A DNA stretch of 64,000 nt. Origin: Paraphysomonas bandaiensis. Lineage: Eukaryota; Protista; Chrysophyceae. How positions within the stretch are numbered: the stretch's first letter is position 1; every line of letters begins with the position of its first letter. The notes under the pieces are model-generated. The model ran no database searches. It was not told the origin of the DNA and saw nothing but the letters and a program-made list of their open reading frames with translations. Positions 13,020 to 26,318 of the stretch are shown here, piece by piece. The stretch spans positions 62,001 to 126,000 of the forward strand of contig CBFFRP010000072.1 in assembly GCA_965644295.1 (NCBI GenBank), given 5' to 3'. The position numbers and the translations under genes were made by a program.

Positions 13020-13816
13020 ATTACTGCCAGATTGAGTGTACTGCTAGTGTTTGCATGCTCGCAATGAGCCCTAAAAGAGCGATGATTAGCATGTATAATC
13101 TATGCATAGTAAAATGCGTTATTTCATAGGCTTTATTTCTGTCTGTGATTACTCTTAATAATTATCACGGGGGAAATTTACGTGTTGACCAGTACCGAGT
13201 TTTTACAATTATCTTCTAGGAGTTCTATACAGCAACGCTTACTCTTTACTACGCTAAGTAACGTTTGTGATGCTAGTCGTGGCGAGTAAGCATTTAATCG
13301 TAAAATCCAAAACCCAAGTGAGGGACATACTTTATAGACTCCTAGCGATTTTCATTGGATTTTTTATCTTTGCTATTACAGATAAGATTTTTGATTAAAT
13401 TATGCATGCACATACAAAATCTTAACCTTAACTCATGATGTCGCAATTATAATAAAGTTTCTGCTACAATATGGTATTGCCATGGTTTTTTGTGTGATTA
13501 CAGTTGTCTGGTTAAGTTTTATAGTTTATACTACTTTCTAAGTTCTAAGTATTCTATACTATATTAGTGTATTGAGTATTATTTTAACTAATTTAAATAG
13601 CTTTTTCTGAGCATTGCGGTTAAAGTTTACATATCCAGGACTATGAGGCATGTCCATTCTGCTGTTACAGCAGACGCTAACTCTAATCGAATAGTCGATA
13701 GCACTGAATTGCTTCCATTTAATATTAAATACCTCGCAGGCATGGATATGTTCACTTTAGCATTCCACATGAACTCACTATACTATAAGCATCCTTACGA
13801 CTACATATTAACATAT

Positions 13817-15972
13817 TCAGAGTGCAAAGAACGCAACGGTATCACGATCACCAGTGTTCAACTCTCCCCGTTGGTGTGTTTCATAAGATCGCCGCACGTC
13901 GGTCTCTCTAATCACATTAGCGGTAGAGGCCATATCTGAGCTCTCCGATGCAGTCCTCAAATTCCCAACGTCAGATGTTGTTGGGGTCTCAGAAATATCG
14001 TTGGAGGCTTTGTGCTCAACAACACTATCTTCCGAGAAGCTGGATAGGCGTTCGCTATTAGACCTTAATAACCCCATCCGGCGCATCTGTTGAGAAACCA
14101 AAGGGGACTTGAAGCGCCTACCCGTCTGTCTGGGGGGACGGTGTGGGAGTGGAGCACTCGGGCGGGAACGCAACAGTACCTCCAGTAGCATATATATCGA
14201 TAGAAAGACAACTACCAGTTCAACGATCCTCAGGCACACAGAATACAAAGCTAATGTCAAGGAAGGAGATGCGAGGATGACCGGAAATGAAGTTGCTACC
14301 ACAAGAACACCGAATACGAGAAAAGATACGCTTACCGCTTTGTGCAAAATATGTGACCTCTCGTAGTCCGAAGATATAATATCGTCTAACCATACACACG
14401 ATAATAGACATATCAAGCACCCGAAGAGCAGTTGAAGTGCCAGATCAGTTCCACTTCTACGATCTTCAGATAGGATACGTTCCGAGCCGTACCCAAGCAC
14501 GAGATATCCAACCACGAATATAAGCAAATACGGGCCAAAAGTGATGCAAGAGAGAATAGTGGAGAGAAGGCTCAAAGATGTTTCGATACGGTGATAGACA
14601 TGCATGAGCCCTGTAGCAACAAGATATTACGGTATACAAGTAACACTATCGACACAAGTACCGGCTAGTATAGTGATGCTAGTAGCATAAAATATCAGCT
14701 GAAGGGCAGCCAGCGGTCGTACTGATACAGCAGAACCTGTATAGTGATCCACCTCTGCACACGCAAAACTCTCGTGCCCCCATGTTCCAAGAACGGAGGA
14801 CATATACACTAGACGGGACAATGAGGCCACCCCGAGAAGGGACCAGAGGAACTTAAACTTAACCGCATGGAGGAGACCGTACGCAGTACTGCATCCAGAA
14901 TACATGTAACCTGCAACTACTATAGCTCCAACAGCCAATGCCCAGAGTACCGTTGTGATGATCACCCATGGACCATATGATGCGGGACGATATAAGTTCT
15001 TCCAGGATGTTCCGTGAAAAGCCTCGCATGGATCACTGTCGACATCCACTCTTGGAAGGTTATTGTTAAAACCTCCAATGTCAGTCCCAGCAAGAGAGCA
15101 ATTTGAAGACCAACCCAACGCCTGTAGCAACTCTATCAGCTTTCTAGTTCGAATTGAATTTTCTATTGTATTGGATATTTCACCGTCGTTTCCCGTTTCT
15201 ACACTCTGCCGAATACGAAAAGAGATGCCAACCGCAATATCTGCTGACCCCACGAAGACAAGCTCATAAACAGATATAGCGGACACGTCTTCTCTCGAAA
15301 TATTTAAAGTCTCCGATATGGCTGTGTGAAAGATACTCTGAAATACGCCAACGGTGCACTTTTCAGTGATGTAGCTTAAATTAGTGCCCACTAGGTACAC
15401 TGTATTAAGGTGTAACAGCTCAGACGGAAGAGCTGTTGGGGCGGATGAAGGTTTGCTTACTGAAGATATAGAGCACGGACACACTCGGCACCATCCACCC
15501 ATGTATGGAGTTGATGAATTACACTCATAACTTAATGTACGCGTTTGTATTTCTATATATTGCTGACCCTGTTGAACAACACACCCACCTACTAAGTTGT
15601 TATCCACCGCTGGATTAGCGAAAACGATGTCGTTCCTACCAATGAACGTTCTAAAAGCATTCATACATTTGAACCTATCAATTCATATGTAAACTCCATA
15701 CAAAAAACATATGAGCACAACACTATCAACCTGTCAGTAGATATGTCCTGTAGAATATCAGTATTACAAGTGCCATTGATCATCGGGCAGACATCATCAC
15801 ATGTTTGTTGAGGGTTCTCTGCTATCACAATATACCAGGGATCTTGCTGTGCTGAGCTATAGGCTACTGTATGGATGAATAAGAGCCATACAAGCCATAA
15901 GAGTCTAGTGGATAAGATATACATACACGGCAGATGACAGATCTTCATCATAGTTAGACAGTGATGTGTCAT
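13817..15972 (-). CDS. Uncharacterised multi-pass membrane protein with a Cys-rich extracellular N-terminus, 2 introns
   Basis: Three ORFs join in frame through GT-AG introns. There is a signal-like hydrophobic start, about 6-7 hydrophobic segments and a Ser-rich tail. The start codon is uncertain. Confidence 0.65.
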
Positions 15973-16267
15973 AGAGATCTGTCATCTGTCGTGTTCATGA
16001 ACTTGAATATATTTAATTATTCTCTCAAGTTATATATGTATGTATGTATGTATGAAAACTATGAAGGAATCTTTTACTTCTTCATCATCCAAATTGGGTC
16101 ACTAGAATACTAGAAAAAAATACATTAAATATAAGAAATTTGGGGTTTCCCATATAGAATACACACTTTTGTCCAAAATCCTGCTATTTATACGACTATT
16201 TACTATTATATAAACCTAGCCTTTTTCAAAATTCAAAGAGGAAATGGGATAAAAGTACAGTTCTATG

Positions 16268-16299
16268 TACTGCTGTCTGTATGTATGTACACAGCAGTA
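16268..16299. promoter_or_regulatory. Inverted pair of the recurrent TACTGCTGT motif ~90 bp upstream of SLBP (representative of a candidate promoter element)
   Basis: TACTGCTGT at 16268-16276 and ACAGCAGTA at 16291-16299. The same 9-mer occurs upstream of many genes in the window. Confidence 0.5.
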
Positions 16300-16386
16300 A
16301 AGTGGTATTGGGATGCTTGTAAGGGACTGATTGATCTGTCATAGATCAGCATCTACAGAGTGAAACATTATCAATCACATTATATA

Positions 16387-16947
16387 ATGTCACAAACAGA
16401 ATCACGAAAGAGAGGAAGGGGAAATAATCTTCCTAGTTGTATTGTTGGTCGTGCTCCTGAAGGATACTTTAAGCGCCGTATGTTAGGTGATAGCTACACC
16501 CACTAACATATCTGTTATAACATACTCACAGAGTCTCTACCTGTTGAAAATAATATTGAGGATGATGAACATCGTATCGAAATGAGAATGAAGCAGATCC
16601 GCTATGGAAAGAATACTGTGGGATATGATCGGTACATAGCAGCGGTGCCGAAGTAAGATTACACCATTCGTAAAGCCTTCTTATTAATGTGTATTTTATT
16701 TAGAAATAAACGTGGAAAATATTCTGAGCACCCAAGAACTCCTGATGTATATGAACGCGTGCCGAAGAGGGTATTTGATGGTAGGGTAAAGGCTTGGAGG
16801 CGTGCATTACATCAGTGGGACGATAAAGAAACTAGTGCTACTGTAGAAAATCAATCTCCAAAAATAGAGAGCAAGGAACCTGTCGAAAGTAAAGAGTCAG
16901 TACCAACATCTGTTAATGACAGTATGTCGGATGATGATGTACTATGA
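16387..16947 (+). CDS. SLBP: Histone mRNA stem-loop binding protein (RNA-binding domain), 2 introns
   Basis: Spliced: RIEMRMKQIRYGKNTVGYDRYIAAVPK...HPRTPD...KRVFDGRVKAWRRALHQWD, the SLBP signature. Confidence 0.9.
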
Positions 16948-18651
16948 TATAGAGTATATATTTCTTTGTGCGTATATAATGTAGCGATACAACGGTTTCT
17001 ATCTGATCGAGTATGTTGGCAATGAATTGATATACTGGCAATAATATATGAAACGATCAATGATTGATATGCTGACGTTATTATTCTCCTCTCTCCAATC
17101 TGGATGGTGAAAGGCCACAGGATCAACCAATCTACATTCTAGTTACTTAACAAGGGTATATTGCTTTCGTCCTACATTACAGCAGTACTGTACCACTAAG
17201 TGCTATGATTTCTCAACTTCTATTACCGAACAAGATATTTTATAAAGCTATATCACAAAAAATATGATAAGAATCTTCCCCTGTGAAAGAAGTTTTTATG
17301 GAACTTCCTCCGATATTTTTTAAGTCTATAAGTTTCTGGCAGAAAATAGAACTCAATTTGACCTTTAGTCTCTTTTCTCTTCATAAAGGATTACAATCTT
17401 GGGGCTCAGCTCATGTAATACTTTTGTTTAGTTCTTAACTTTTCGGATATTTAAAAAATATTCCTATTTATTATTTATTCACATGTTTGCAAAGAATTAC
17501 AGCTCGACATCATTGTGTTTAGTAAGTGTACTGACTTAGATTACAGAACCCTAAACTAACAAGACATTTGTCTTCACAGCCGATTTAATATGTCGTTTTC
17601 TGTAGTCTCGCTATGTCACAAGGAACATCTTGCTTCTTAAGTCTTAAGGGTCAAAGATGTCAGAGACAACTGAAAAGATAGCGACAAAGCTCCCAATATT
17701 GTATCTTGGGGGATAAACACATGGTATCATTTATACTTTTAGCATCAGCAAAACGATATGAAGAAATAAGCTGAAAGTTGTATATTACAATGAACTTTCT
17801 ACTTCCAGATTTCCTTCTCACACTATCTGACCGTATTTCTTATTCGCCACCTACTTCAACGTAGTGATTGAATGACCCAATCTCGAAGAAATTGTCCAGA
17901 TTTCGCACAACGTAGTTGTGGGTATTTCGGCCGGCTCTGGGTTTCTGAGATGAAACAAATCAGACATTTATACGGCAGTGTGCTCCAACGAATCATTCAA
18001 TCATAATAAAATCTATAAGGCTCTCTCGGTTGTCTGATATCGGCGAATCATAAAATATTCCATATTTATGGAAAGCGTCGCAGGTTGATATTATATTTCG
18101 TATGATATCACACCACACATACTGGGGTCAGATATGAGACGCCAGATATTCAACAAGGCATCAAATACGACACAGTGGGTTGAATGGAATTAGCACAATA
18201 GTTTCAGTCCTTCTGTTGAGCGATTAAGCCATTCATAGTGAAGATTATATCAATATTAGTGCGCTATTTTAAGGTAAACAAGATCTAGTAAGTGTGAAAT
18301 AGCTACGTACAGATACTCAGCAAATATCTGCTGCTCCTGATGTGGGTGTATATGTATTGTACGATATGTTGGGATTATGTGGCCAATCACTCCCCACCGT
18401 TTATTTTGATACCTATTATTGGAAATCCCTACTTTTTGGAACTCGGACTATCATATGAATATAGCAATGGGACATGAGAATAGTCCAAATTTAAGAAATA
18501 AAAATATGGAATTTCTAGATAATATCGCGATAATTAGTGAAGAATTTGTGGCGTTTTATTGACATCATGTACACAATAGTTCACTTATTAATGAACTGAG
18601 GCGCTTATTAATTGAGACTCCCATTAATCGAGTGTTCAATCAATCTTCATC

Positions 18652-20759
18652 ATGTTAGATCAAGTATTTATATTTACTAGACAAGGAATATTATTATGGT
18701 CAAGAATATTATGTAAAATTAAAGAAAATCCATTAGAAGATTTTATTACATCAGTTTTAATTGCTGAGAGGAAAGGAGAGAACAGTATCGTATTAGGATC
18801 GTATGTAATAAAATGGGCATTAGCTAAAAAGGGTTCTATTGATATTGTATTTGCTGTAAGATTATATGAGTAGATGTGAATGATAATGATTGTAACTGTC
18901 TATATAGGTGATATACTCCAGTGTACTGAATCTTCTGTATGTTGATGATTTATTAGCGAATATGAAAAAGGTTTAAATGATTTTTAATGTTGTTTTTTCT
19001 CTTTAACTGTCGTCATGTAGTCGTTCTGCACATTATTCGGTGAAGACATCCAGTCGCCAACATGGTAACTATTCTCTTTTGCTTCCTGTTAAACTAACAT
19101 GGGTGCAGTATATCTTGTGACTTCGACGAAGAGTTCACTAGTGTACTGAGGAAAACTGAATCAAAACAATTACATTATAAGAAAGCAGCAACAAAAACGA
19201 CATCACAGCAGGTTAATAGTTGGTTCAGAATTTTATAATTACTGTAATTGTTGTATGTAGGAGCCTCGAACGTCACACAGTGATAACGAGCAGAAGGACT
19301 CAGAAGAAGACTCTAATAACGTAGCCGCTAAAGAGGAATTTGATATTAATTCACCTGTAGATCCTGCTGCAACTATTCGAGCAAGGTGAGTACTACAACT
19401 GTGGCACATCTCTCTGTATATGTCCACATGTATGATTGTCATGATAATGACTGTATAACAATAAAGGATGCGAAGCAAACGAGGAGGTAAAGCAAAATCT
19501 GCACTTCCTGATTCCCCTGGCAATTCTACTACACCACCCAAGAAAGAGGCACGCGTGTGGTCAGGTGGTAAGGGGAAGGTTTCCGCTAAGGTGGCCGCTT
19601 CGCTGGATCGCTCCCAACCAGCCGGAGAATCACCCGGTGGAATCGACAATGACTTGGCCCAGGCACGAGCTGTGTATCTGCCGGGAGAAGAGGAGCGCCC
19701 TATGTGGGAGGAGGAAGAGGAAGAGGCGGAAAGACTGGAGGAGGCACTCGAGAAAGAATCTGGAGGGATATGGAACACACTTGGGAATTCGTATCTAGGT
19801 GGTTTTGTGAAAACGATAACAGGAGGGCAAGTCTTAGACGAAGCAGCTCTATCGCCGATACTCAAAGATATGAAAGAAATGCTGCAAGGAAAGAATGTTG
19901 CTCAAGAGATCGCAGACGACATATGCAAATCAGTGGGAGCCGCACTGGTTGGACATAGAATGGCGAGCTTCACTCGCATACAGACAGTCGTACATCAAGC
20001 CCTTAGGGATGCCGTGCAGCGAATCCTGACACCTGGGTCTTCCACAGATGTATTGAGGCAAGTTCTTGACGCGAAGGCTGCTGGGCGGGTATTTAGTATC
20101 GTTTTCGTGGGTGTAAATGGGGTAAGTCGAGTGTAGTTTTAAACCTATTGTCTCACTTCCTTATCAAGGTGGGCAAGTCGACATCACTTGCAAAAGTTGC
20201 ATATTACCTTAAGCAGCACGGTATTAATGTCACACTCGCGGCATGTGATACATTTCGCTCTGGAGCAGTGGAGCAGCTGAAAACTCATGCCAAATGTCTT
20301 GATGTTCCTCTCTTCGCCATGGGCTACTCTAGTGATCCTGCACATGTTGCTTCCTGTGCCCTGGCCCAGGCAGCTGAGAAGGGGTCTGACTGCGTTCTTA
20401 TCGACACCGCAGGAAGGATGCAGAACAATGAGCCACTGATGAAGGCTCTTGCGAAACTCGTCTCTGTAAATACGCCCGACCTTGTGCTCTTTGTAGGTGA
20501 GGCACTTGTTGGCAATGACGGAATCGATCAGCTGTCCATGTTCGACCGAGCTTTAAAGAACTTTAGCCCTCCTGGAAAGTCGAGGGGGATAGATGGCATA
20601 GTTTTGACAAAGTTCGATACTATCGACGATAAAGTGGGTGCCGCATTGAGCATGTCATATAAGAGTGGACAGCCTGTAACTTTTGTTGGCACTGGTCAAA
20701 AGTATACCCACTTGAAGAAATTGAATGTGACCACTGTAATCCACCGCCTATTTTCTTAG
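18652..20759 (+). CDS. SRPRA: Signal recognition particle receptor alpha subunit, 6 introns
   Basis: N-terminal longin [16 protein letters not shown]; GTPase motifs [31 protein letters not shown] and [11 protein letters not shown]. Confidence 0.95.
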
Positions 20760-21476
20760 TGTACGTGTTGGCTGCAATTTTGATGTGTAGCACAACGTAT
20801 AGAGAATATCATTCTAACTACTATTTACTAAAATGTGGTAGAAGAAATCTAATAATATGAATGAGTTAGGAGTTAGTATCAGAATTGAATTTATTTCGAT
20901 CAGATTACCTGAAATCTAATGGCATCAAAGTTATTATTTATTTAAGATATACTAAGTAAGAATGAAAACAATGAACATGAATCATAGGAAGCAAGATCGT
21001 GGTTCAATTTAAAGAAATAGAATACTACCTACTAAGTATGATTATGCCAAGTACTCCAATATCCTAATCGTACTTCATCCCTTTCACTGCTAGAGTTGAA
21101 TATTGAACATTTCTCTCTATCTCTACTCTAATGTTCAATCTACTGGTGTGTTCAATCCGCACACCACTGCGAACTAAAGAGAGAGCTTGCTGTCCACATT
21201 TCGCTCTGGAGATTTGGAAATATCGCTCTACGGAGGCTTGTCCACGTTAGCTAGACCGGTTGAAGCTAGTACTTTGACCTTTGACATAGAATATATACCG
21301 AAGAAAAGATAAATTAATGAAGAATCACGTTATACCACGCGTGAAATGCACAATACACATAAATCATGCTTGACATACAAGTTAAAATAGAGATCACAAT
21401 ATATCTCGCGATGGGTCACTGTAAATGTTACTATCCACAATATTCAACGAAGTAACAATTCCTGCTATTGTCAAGG

Positions 21477-22883
21477 TTAAACTAATTCCTCAGTCGGTGT
21501 GAGTCTCTTCTTAATAGTATTCCATCTTGCGCGACACCTGTCGGCACTTCTTCCAGTCGTATAGCCACCAAGGTGATCGGACACCCTTGTCCAACTAATC
21601 TGTCTTTCCTTGTCCGCCCCCATATATAAATTCACGGCTTCGTACAGTTTCCGATCCTACACACATTACTATCAACGCTACTTCATAAGATACAAAAATA
21701 AGGCTACTCTACTGTACATTCAACTCAGCGTGTACAGCAGCACTACTCTCATCATAATACCTCGTTGTCGTCCCACCCTCGGTCTTCTCTCACTTTATCG
21801 GCGTACTTGAGGTGTCGATGCCACCGATTGTAGCATTGCTCAGGACGCCGAGTACACCCCATGTGCTCTGCCACTTTTTCCCAATCTACTGTGCGAACAG
21901 ACCGTCCTTGTCTATGCTTCACGGTTGTATGAAGAGCAATAGCTTCGTATAGCTTGTGATCCTATGAATAGGGACGCATATAACTTAGCCGTACAATATC
22001 CCTCGTAAGTTCGCCGGTTACCTCGTTGTCAGCCCACTGTCCATTATTTACTGGCCATTCTCTGTACTTAAGATGATGGCGGTACCGATTACAACACTGC
22101 TCATATGTGCGGGAACCTCCCAGCTCACAGGAAACAGCAACCCATTGAATACTCCCATCCTCCTTTAGAGGACACCTGCTAATTGCCTCCAGCAGAGCGT
22201 TGTCCTGCATTATAGTGGTCCGCAGAGCAATTACACTAACGTATTGACACATCATTGAGTTTATCTAACCTCTTCTTCAGTCCATTTACCACCTTTTGTA
22301 CTGTCTTTCAAATATCGCAGTACCTTCGACCACCTACACAATAATACTGTAAAAACTACTGGAGTGATCTGAAAGATACGTGCCTTCGCTGACATTGTCG
22401 GTGGTCACGTTCTCCGCCCATGTATTCAGAGACCTTCTTCCAGTATTGCCCCTTCAGTTTCCCCTCTCCTTTTACGCGCTCCAGAGCAGCCAGGAGTTTA
22501 GCGTCCTAACAAGAGAAGAGTATAAGAACAACTAATGGTACAGGGGCAATAGACTACCAGCTCGTTATTCCAAAAGAGTGCTTTGGGTGGATTGGCGATT
22601 ATATCTTCCGAATCATCTTCTCGCAACACATCGACAGGCTCATCACTCTTTCATATATAATAAATCATATTACAAATCTAATAATAACATACATATATAT
22701 CATACTCTCTACCTCACGTCGTCGTTTTTGTCCACTAGTTGAACGGTAACTATCAGAGAATCTACTTCTATGTTCTGCTACATACTTATGACATGTGAAG
22801 CATTTGTTTTCATGATCTAATACAAAAGTTCTGTTATCATCAGTGAAATCTTGTATACACATTTGACACTGTGTCATAGTCAT
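21477..22883 (-). CDS. Myb/SANT protein with four tandem repeats, 6 introns (one GC-AG)
   Basis: Spliced translation gives four W-x3-(E/L)D...W..V...QC..R(W/Y) type repeats (the fourth has RCRARW). The N-terminal exon has CxxC...CxxC. Stop TAA at 21477-21479. Confidence 0.85.
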
Positions 22884-24684
22884 GTTTGGATGAGATACAC
22901 ACTGCTGTATGGATGATAGAGAGATAGGCACTTATATGGATGGATGTGGTATGAGTTATAGATACCCTCGTGGTTAGTTCTATCTGGTAACATTCATAGA
23001 GTGAGGAAGATATGGCTATAGAGGGTGGTAACTGCAGTTTAAATATCTGTCACTGGGCTGCTGGAGAGCTACTGTATAGTCTATAGGTATATACAGAGAT
23101 AAGTACAGACAGTAGTACACAGGTACATGTATATAGAGAATAGTAGGGAGTGCTGTGTGTGGGATAGCATATATGTACACAGGTACAAGCACACATCCAC
23201 TCGGGGGGTACTGTGTGTTGGTATCCTGTACAGTTCACTGTATAATGTACTGCTGTACTGTCCGTACTGCTGTACTGTCCATGCTGCTGTATAGGGCCAG
23301 ATGTAGAAATTTATTAGCATTTTCTACTGCAGTGTATGCATACATTGCCGCTACTAGAGGTTTAAGGTAACTCTAAGTTATTGAAGACCTTACTTTCAGA
23401 CGACAACCTTCCGAGCAATGGCAAGATGGTGGAGGAATGAGCATGACATCTCTTGCTGAGAGTCTATTGTTCCATGTGGGTCTTCTTCCACCCCATGCTT
23501 GCCCAATTGCAGTGCTTATAACTCCAGGTGGGTACCTTGACTTATAGATCTTGCCTTCTCTATATCTATATTCCTAAGTGTTATGGGAGTAATGTACTTC
23601 TCATGTGTGATGGATGTTGCTGTATCATCTGTGTCGAAAATGCTGGCTCGATATAATATAGCGCTATTGCACACACATTGCATTGAACAAAGTATAGCTA
23701 TATCTTTTCTTCTTTACTTAATATCCACCTATGATGTACTCACTCAATTGTGACAAATGAACATCGTAGTGATAATAAAAAGGAAAATTGTGTAACTCCC
23801 CAAACTACACCTCTATACTTCATATTAGTGGCAATATTCGTTGCGCTGTAGTAGAGAACACCAAATCAGGTTTGTCCCATTTCCACAGTGTGATCGTAGT
23901 GTAGGCTCGCTGGCACATCTTATTAACACTAAGGTTTTGCGCTGATTCTACGCAGCCACTTACCAGCCCACTCGTTCACAATTTAGGCTGACCATATAGA
24001 TCTACTGCCCCATCCGTGTACGCTTTCACAACATTCTCATATCACAAGATACGTGGGATTCTCATAAGTATGCATGACTTATGTATGTAATTCGCGCAGA
24101 TTCTGGCAAGGCCACGATCACCTTCCCATCCCCTGACAAATATTACGAGTAGCGTCTCGTGACTCGTGACTATGCATGACTTAGTATAGGCCTAGTGTGG
24201 TATTGGCAGAGCCCTCTTCTCCCCTAAAATGTGAGGGTTTCTCATAATCATTTATGGATTATGCAAGTATAGTGTAGAACTAGTTGGAGCTTGCTTGGTG
24301 ACACAGACAATGAATACGTCGGGATTTTAATAACTAATACAGATATCTGCATTGCTTATTTGATCAACACAAACACTATACTAGGACATGCCCTTACTAT
24401 GGGGCACAGTTGAGCCAAAATATGACTAATCAAGGACGCCAACCCTCTATCAATGATCTACACCTTTAGGCAATAATGCGGTTATTTATTAATTACCTCA
24501 TGGAAAACTTGAACCTACATAAACACAAATTTCTAAGAACAGATCTTAATTATAAAATCTCTCTAAAAATGAATTATCAATCATCTTCACTACTGCTAAC
24601 AACGAAAATGTATGTTGTGATGTATAAATCATGACTACTCTGATTAAGTGATTTCAGAACATTCTAGCGTCATATCTTGAGAGT

Positions 24685-25865
24685 CTATACGTCGCATTCT
24701 GATACTTTCTTAGCCCAATACTTTGAACGAATAGTGTCTTTTTCGCTGAGTCTACGATAAAGATCCTTTGCTACAAGCAAACTATCCGCCTTCCCGTCTT
24801 GCTCCCTGGTATTTAGAGACAATCAAGTCATATACAAAAGATGATATACCAATGGAAGTAACCTGATAGATGCTAGTGTTTCCCACAAGAGGGGACATAC
24901 GATATCCTCGCCATCAAACCTGGTCAGCATTGCCTCTAATCTGTCTTGCACGCTTAGGGTCATCACCACCGGCATCGTGCTATTGTACTGACGCCAAATT
25001 CCATTCAAATAGTTCCAGGCACTCTCGTTGTTCCGCACTCGCTCAATTGCGTTCATTGTGAATGACACTTCTCTCTCAACCATATCTTCGGTAACTGGGT
25101 GTACCGCAACAGCGGCAGGACTGTGTACAACAAACCACCTCTGCAAAACCTTAAGCACATATCACATTCTGTCCGATGGTCTGACCTGGTTCCAAGCAGA
25201 ATTATTCCTTATGTCAGCATCCAACTGTGCTTCCGTAAATTCAAGTTCGCCGTCCCACAAACCATAGGTAGATATCACCCATTGCCTAACTTGTATATCA
25301 CAAAATATTGTAGAACAGCCCGAGTGGTTACCTATGAGACCACGCGTGATAGTTCTTGCCATCTACCTCAAAAACTTTCGCAGTGAATGCAAGCTCCCTA
25401 GATGGATTTCCGAGTCGCTCCACTATTGCTCGGCGGTGGTACCATATTTGATAGTTCTTAGGATTCTCCTCTGCAAATGTGTCCATATAATCTAACTCGT
25501 CGTTCAAGTCTGAACCTAGTTCAAATAAGGTCTCCCGACGGTATTGCCTGTCGTATATCAGTAATACAATCAAAACAAAGGAATAAGTAGCTCACCACAC
25601 TGTATAATTTGCTGCATTAATCTCCAATATATCTTCAGTCAACTGTAGCACTCGTTCACTCCTCTCATTCGATGCAATTACAGCTCGAAACACATCCATC
25701 ATCGCTCGAACTATAATCAACAAAACCATCAATTGAACTCCATATAACAATTAAAAACATACATGGTGGTGCATATGCAATAGCACATACAGGGTTTGGT
25801 CCATCATTTTGAGGGATCGGAGTCACATCTTCCCAACCAGGAAGAGAGGTAGAAAATGAAGCCAT
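24685..25865 (-). CDS. FNTA: Protein farnesyltransferase/geranylgeranyltransferase type-1 alpha subunit, 5 introns
   Basis: [21 protein letters not shown]; PPTA repeats [29 protein letters not shown] and NESAWNYL; C-terminal DTIRSKYW. Confidence 0.93.
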
Positions 25866-26188
25866 TTGATTGATTTAAATAATAACTCTATAGGAATAAA
25901 TATACACAGATGATATCTACTTAGAATAATCCCATATATGGATATATGAATTAACACGATAGTATGATGTGAGAGTGTGATATAACTATAGCAGATTCGA
26001 CAGTCGCTCTGCTGTACTGCTGTATGTAAATGATCCACAGAGACTGTACGCAACTATACTCCATATATACACACATATATATAGATATACGGCACAGAGT
26101 AACTATGGACTTGGTTACCCGTATACTACCCCCATCCGGTTCAAGATCCGTACACAACCTATCCGTCCAATCACCCAATTGATCTCGA

Positions 26189-26221
<33 letters not shown>

Positions 26222-26318
26222 TACTCAGTACATACATATGCATATATATATAGAATAACATGAACAGTCTCACCATCTCATAACACTATATAACAAAACA
26301 CTTAACCATCTATTAAAC

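Noticed and set aside
17400-18350. Possible decayed gene or TE, likewise 23400-24500 and 49400-50500
   Set aside because: No recognisable motifs, termini or sustained reading frames were found by eye.
21590-21625. Apparent frameshift in the last Myb repeat
   Set aside because: Recounting the C run (5 C) shows the frame is intact (MGADKERQISWTRV).
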